From assembly GCA_040285745.1 (NCBI GenBank), contig JAUFOR010000004.1, positions 806,001 to 870,000 on the forward strand: 64,000 nucleotides of DNA. Direction: 5' to 3'. How positions within the stretch are numbered: the first letter of the stretch is position 1; every line of letters begins with the position of its first letter. Source of the stretch: Barthelona sp. PCE (Eukaryota). The notes under the pieces were generated by a model. That model was given only the letters and a program-made list of their open reading frames with translations. It ran no database searches and was not told the origin of the DNA. The translations under genes and the position numbers were made by a program. Positions 61,119-64,000 of the stretch are shown piece by piece.

Positions 61119-61814
61119 TTAAGCTTCTTCCTCAGTCTTGCTGAAGACAGCCATAGGAACATCGTTGGAGGTCTCATCAGCCTTGGGCTCTCTGATCTCG
61201 ATGTGATCGGGGATCATCTTGGGGTCCTCGGCAGTGTGGGTCTTGGCCTTAGGAAGCATGATAGCAACCTTGATACCAAGGACACCCTGCTTCATGACAA
61301 GGTGACGAGTGGCAGACTCGATGTAATCAACCTTAGTCTGACCAGTCTTAAGAAGGACACCCTCAGTGTACTTCATAGCCTTAGCTCTCTGGGCACGAGC
61401 CTTACCGGACACGATGACCTCAGCACCAAGAGCACCAGCTCTCTTGATAGCTCTAAGAGAACCGTAACAAGCCTTACGCACGGAAACACCCTCAGCAAGC
61501 TTGGCACGGATCTGCTCGGCTTGAGCCTGAGCAGAAAGGGAACGCTCAGCAATGTCACGGGCAAAAACGCGAAGAGTCTTGAAGCCAAAACGCTGCTTGA
61601 GCATGCTGGTCAACTCGTTGATACGACGGTTGTTGGAGTTGGTGAGCTCACGATAGTCGGTACAGTGAATGATGATATCAGTCTTGCTGCTCTTAATGCG
61701 ACAAACGCAACCAGAATAACCAACGTTGGCGAGGTCTCTAGCAAGGAACTCGTTGAGCTCAGCGTAAAGTAAACCACGGTTGATGAACTTTCTCTTTAAA
61801 GTAAGTTTAGCCAT
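61119..61814 (-). CDS. RPS3: 40S ribosomal protein S3 (uS3)
   Basis: AELNEFLARDL...GYSG, RRINELTS...QRF, LSAQAQAE, GAEVIVSGKARAQRAKAMK and KQGVLGIKVAIMLP, with strong codon bias. Confidence 0.98.
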   Translation of the reverse strand: MAKLTLKRKFINRGLLYAELNEFLARDLANVGYSGCVCRIKSSKTDIIIHCTDYRELTNSNNRRINELTSMLKQRFGFKTLRVFARDIAERSLSAQAQAEQIRAKLAEGVSVRKACYGSLRAIKRAGALGAEVIVSGKARAQRAKAMKYTEGVLLKTGQTKVDYIESATRHLVMKQGVLGIKVAIMLPKAKTHTAEDPKMIPDHIEIREPKADETSNDVPMAVFSKTEEEA

Positions 61815-62227
61815 TGTAATATAGGTGATAAGTGTAAAAGGAAGCAGTTTACTTATTTCAACAAAACTGTATCACTAACCACATCTTTGCATTGTGTGGG
61901 TGATGTCTGTACTGAAAAAACAACTATGTTTACTTTAAATGAGCTGAAAAAAAAATCTATGCACTAAAGCATTATTCCACCAACTTACGATGACACGCCA
62001 CCACTTGTCTACATTACGAGGCTTAAATGATGTTATTACAAAGTCCACCACAGCATTGATAAAAGGATCAAAAAGTGCTTCCAGTTAATATTTGGAAATA
62101 AAATACTAGTGTCTGTCAAAGATTGTTGTAATCAACAAAACAACGCCACATAATGTGATTCATACATGAAAGGTCTGCTTCCAGAAGAATATTATGGTCA
62201 ATTTTGTATTTACTAGAAGTGGAAATA

Positions 62228-62665
62228 TTACTGTTCCCAGAGGCTGAGCTTGGTTACTTCATCGTAATGACGGGTTAATTCAAAGGGTTCACCGTCCATA
62301 TCAGTGAATTCCTCAATTATACATTCACAAGCAAAGATAATGGTATTTGGGCCGACATGACCACCGTAACACACCTCGTGCTCGTCAGAAAACGTACCGT
62401 GAATGTGAACAAAGCGTTTTCCTTCAAGATGTGAAACATTTCCAATTACGTGGACAAGCTCAAGCTTCTTATCAACTTCAGTGGTTGCATACTGTTTATC
62501 GTTCTGATCATAAAACATTAAACTCACCTTTTGAACAGCTCCAATACAGTTGATCTTTGCACAGTTGATTTCGTGCTCATTGACAAAATTAGTGAGAAAT
62601 TCCAACATGTCAGCACCGTGTGGAATACGGCCAATAAAATTTCTGCCCTTTTGAACTTGTTTCAT
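62228..62665 (-). CDS. Stand-alone PPC/DUF296-domain protein (prokaryote-type)
   Basis: GRIPHGADML, CIGAV, LELVHVIGNVS and FVHIHGTFSD...YGGHV (HxH...GGH). ATG 62665. Confidence 0.9.
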   Translation of the reverse strand: MKQVQKGRNFIGRIPHGADMLEFLTNFVNEHEINCAKINCIGAVQKVSLMFYDQNDKQYATTEVDKKLELVHVIGNVSHLEGKRFVHIHGTFSDEHEVCYGGHVGPNTIIFACECIIEEFTDMDGEPFELTRHYDEVTKLSLWEQ

Positions 62666-62813
62666 CGAAAAACTTGATGATGTAGGTAATAAGAGTATAA
62701 ACAAAATATACTCATCTTAATATCATTTACAGAACAATTCAATCCAGTACGATCTGCAAAAAAAGCAAATAAGTGTTTACCGAATTGTTACCCTTTTCAG
62801 GCCAGATTCTCAA

Positions 62814-64000
62814 ATGGGTTTATCAATCAAAAAGTATATCCTCATGCTTTTAGGCGTGATTTGTATGATCTTTTACTACCTCCACTACTCTACTGTAGGG
62901 TTTTCTGGGAAAACGCATATTTATATTCATTTCGAGGATAGATGTTACGAATGTGACAGTTTAACAGCATTCTTTGCTGCCCTAGAGTATGATGAGTCGC
63001 TTGTTTTCCACTATATTAATGAAACAGCCAACTCAAATCAACTTTCATACCTTGCACAAAAAACTTTCCAAAACTACGATGACACGAAGGCCCCCTTCAT
63101 ATCCATCGGCGACAGCTATTTCAATCGGTACGATGCCATCATGAGCACAGGATCTTTCCGTTTTTGGGATGCCATTGCTTATTATAACGGTCGATCTGAG
63201 CTTGATTTCACCGAAAGGCCGAACAGAGACCCACGCCTTGTGCCCTACGATGATCTAACAAACCATAGATACACTTTATTTGTTATACTCGTTATGTCAA
63301 CAATCTTCCTTGCTCCAGATCTGTTACTGGTCATGAACAACATATTCAAGGCAGCAGCTAGCACCCAGTTCTACAAGATGGTCCGCTTCAACACCCTTCT
63401 GTTCGCAACTTACGTTCTGAGCAGCGTCTTAATAGGGTACTTTCTAATGTATACGGCTACAACAATAGGATTTTTGCACTTTATCTCTCGATTTATTCCT
63501 GAGACAATGACGATCCTCTCTTTTGTGTACGTTGTGCAAGGATTCACGGGCTGCCCTACACTGGGAGCTCTTGCAGAGTATGTTGAAAAATCGAAACTTT
63601 CATGGTTAGGTGCTGTTAAATACGGTGTGCTCCTTTCTGTTTCTCTTCCAATCCTATCTGTCTTCTTCCTCATCCAAGCTCCATTCATCACAATGTCTTT
63701 ATTTGAGAAACGAGGCGCTTGGCTGTTCATCATAACTGTTATGGGACCCATGTTTGCTCTGTACATAACAAGCTTCTTCTTGTTCAATTTTAACTTCGCA
63801 CCATTCCGTACTGAAGAGATGTATGAAGCCATTGATGAGAAGGATGATGAAGGTGAGGATATTAAAAAGGTGAATGATGAAAAAACTGAAACATTAACTT
63901 TCAAGAGCTTCCCTGACTTTATTAAGAAATATTCTGTCCTTATTAGTGTCGTTAGAGCTACAGTTATGGTTGTAGCTATGGTTTTCTTAAAACACAAAAT
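62814..64000 (+). CDS. Membrane protein: N-terminal anchor, CxxC glutaredoxin/thioredoxin-like domain and about 6 TM segments (3'-truncated)
   Basis: I translated it by hand and it is open to the window end: MGLSIKKYILMLLGVICMIFYYL...HIYIHFEDRCYECDSLTAFF...APFISIGDSYF, then multiple hydrophobic helices. It is missing from the ORF track. Confidence 0.75.
   Translation, partial: MGLSIKKYILMLLGVICMIFYYLHYSTVGFSGKTHIYIHFEDRCYECDSLTAFFAALEYDESLVFHYINETANSNQLSYLAQKTFQNYDDTKAPFISIGDSYFNRYDAIMSTGSFRFWDAIAYYNGRSELDFTERPNRDPRLVPYDDLTNHRYTLFVILVMSTIFLAPDLLLVMNNIFKAAASTQFYKMVRFNTLLFATYVLSSVLIGYFLMYTATTIGFLHFISRFIPETMTILSFVYVVQGFTGCPTLGALAEYVEKSKLSWLGAVKYGVLLSVSLPILSVFFLIQAPFITMSLFEKRGAWLFIITVMGPMFALYITSFFLFNFNFAPFRTEEMYEAIDEKDDEGEDIKKVNDEKTETLTFKSFPDFIKKYSVLISVVRATVMVVAMVFLKHK

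Noticed and set aside
61203-61772. 189-aa antisense ORF over RPS3 (similar ones over Ras, importin and MYCBPAP)
   Set aside because: Expected shadow of strong codon bias in highly expressed genes; no protein-like motifs.
61900-61947. C/D-box-like arrangement (GTGATGT...CTGA...CTGA) upstream of RPS3
   Set aside because: The C box is imperfect, the element is too short, and there is no terminal stem or recognisable rRNA guide.
63410-63997. 195-aa minus-strand ORF in the track
   Set aside because: It is antisense to the longer plus-strand frame (62814 to window end), which has a promoter-like motif, an ATG and a coherent domain structure.
1-64000. Alternative genetic code (TAA/TAG = Gln, as in hexamitid diplomonads)
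   Set aside because: Conserved genes end at TAA (G-beta, Ras right after its CaaX, uS3, Vta1), TAG and TGA at the expected positions, and long ORFs are open under the standard code.

Overview
Gene-dense, AT-rich, intron-poor eukaryotic nuclear DNA using the standard genetic code, with about 30 protein-coding genes and no rRNA, tRNA, CRISPR array or transposon that I can recognise. The gene content points to a flagellated protist: an RIIa radial-spoke-type protein, a CFAP157/BBOF1-like protein, a PLK4-like kinase, TPGS2, MYCBPAP and a SPIRAL2-like protein. Housekeeping and signalling genes include delta-COP, Piezo, G-beta, a RAB3GAP2-like protein, a UBR E3 ligase, Vta1, presenilin, MsrA, Ras, an importin-beta and uS3. 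The cis-signals suggest a metamonad-like organism (inference only). Three short 5'-proximal introns that the ORF track misses all end in a fused branch point/acceptor, GCTAAYNNNYAG. The only long one (120 nt) folds into a 72-nt hairpin that leaves about 48 nt unpaired, the size of the short introns. A TWACCYTTTTC-like motif precedes many start codons, and WGTRAA follows or overlaps many stop codons. Unusual genes: a prokaryote-like DUF296 gene head-to-head with a CxxC glutaredoxin-like multi-TM membrane protein, a membrane-anchored Yellow/MRJP-like protein, a stop-interrupted metallo-beta-lactamase-fold locus lacking metal ligands, a pseudo-kinesin and a probable pseudo-cyclase. All family calls come from motif recognition by eye, not database searches.
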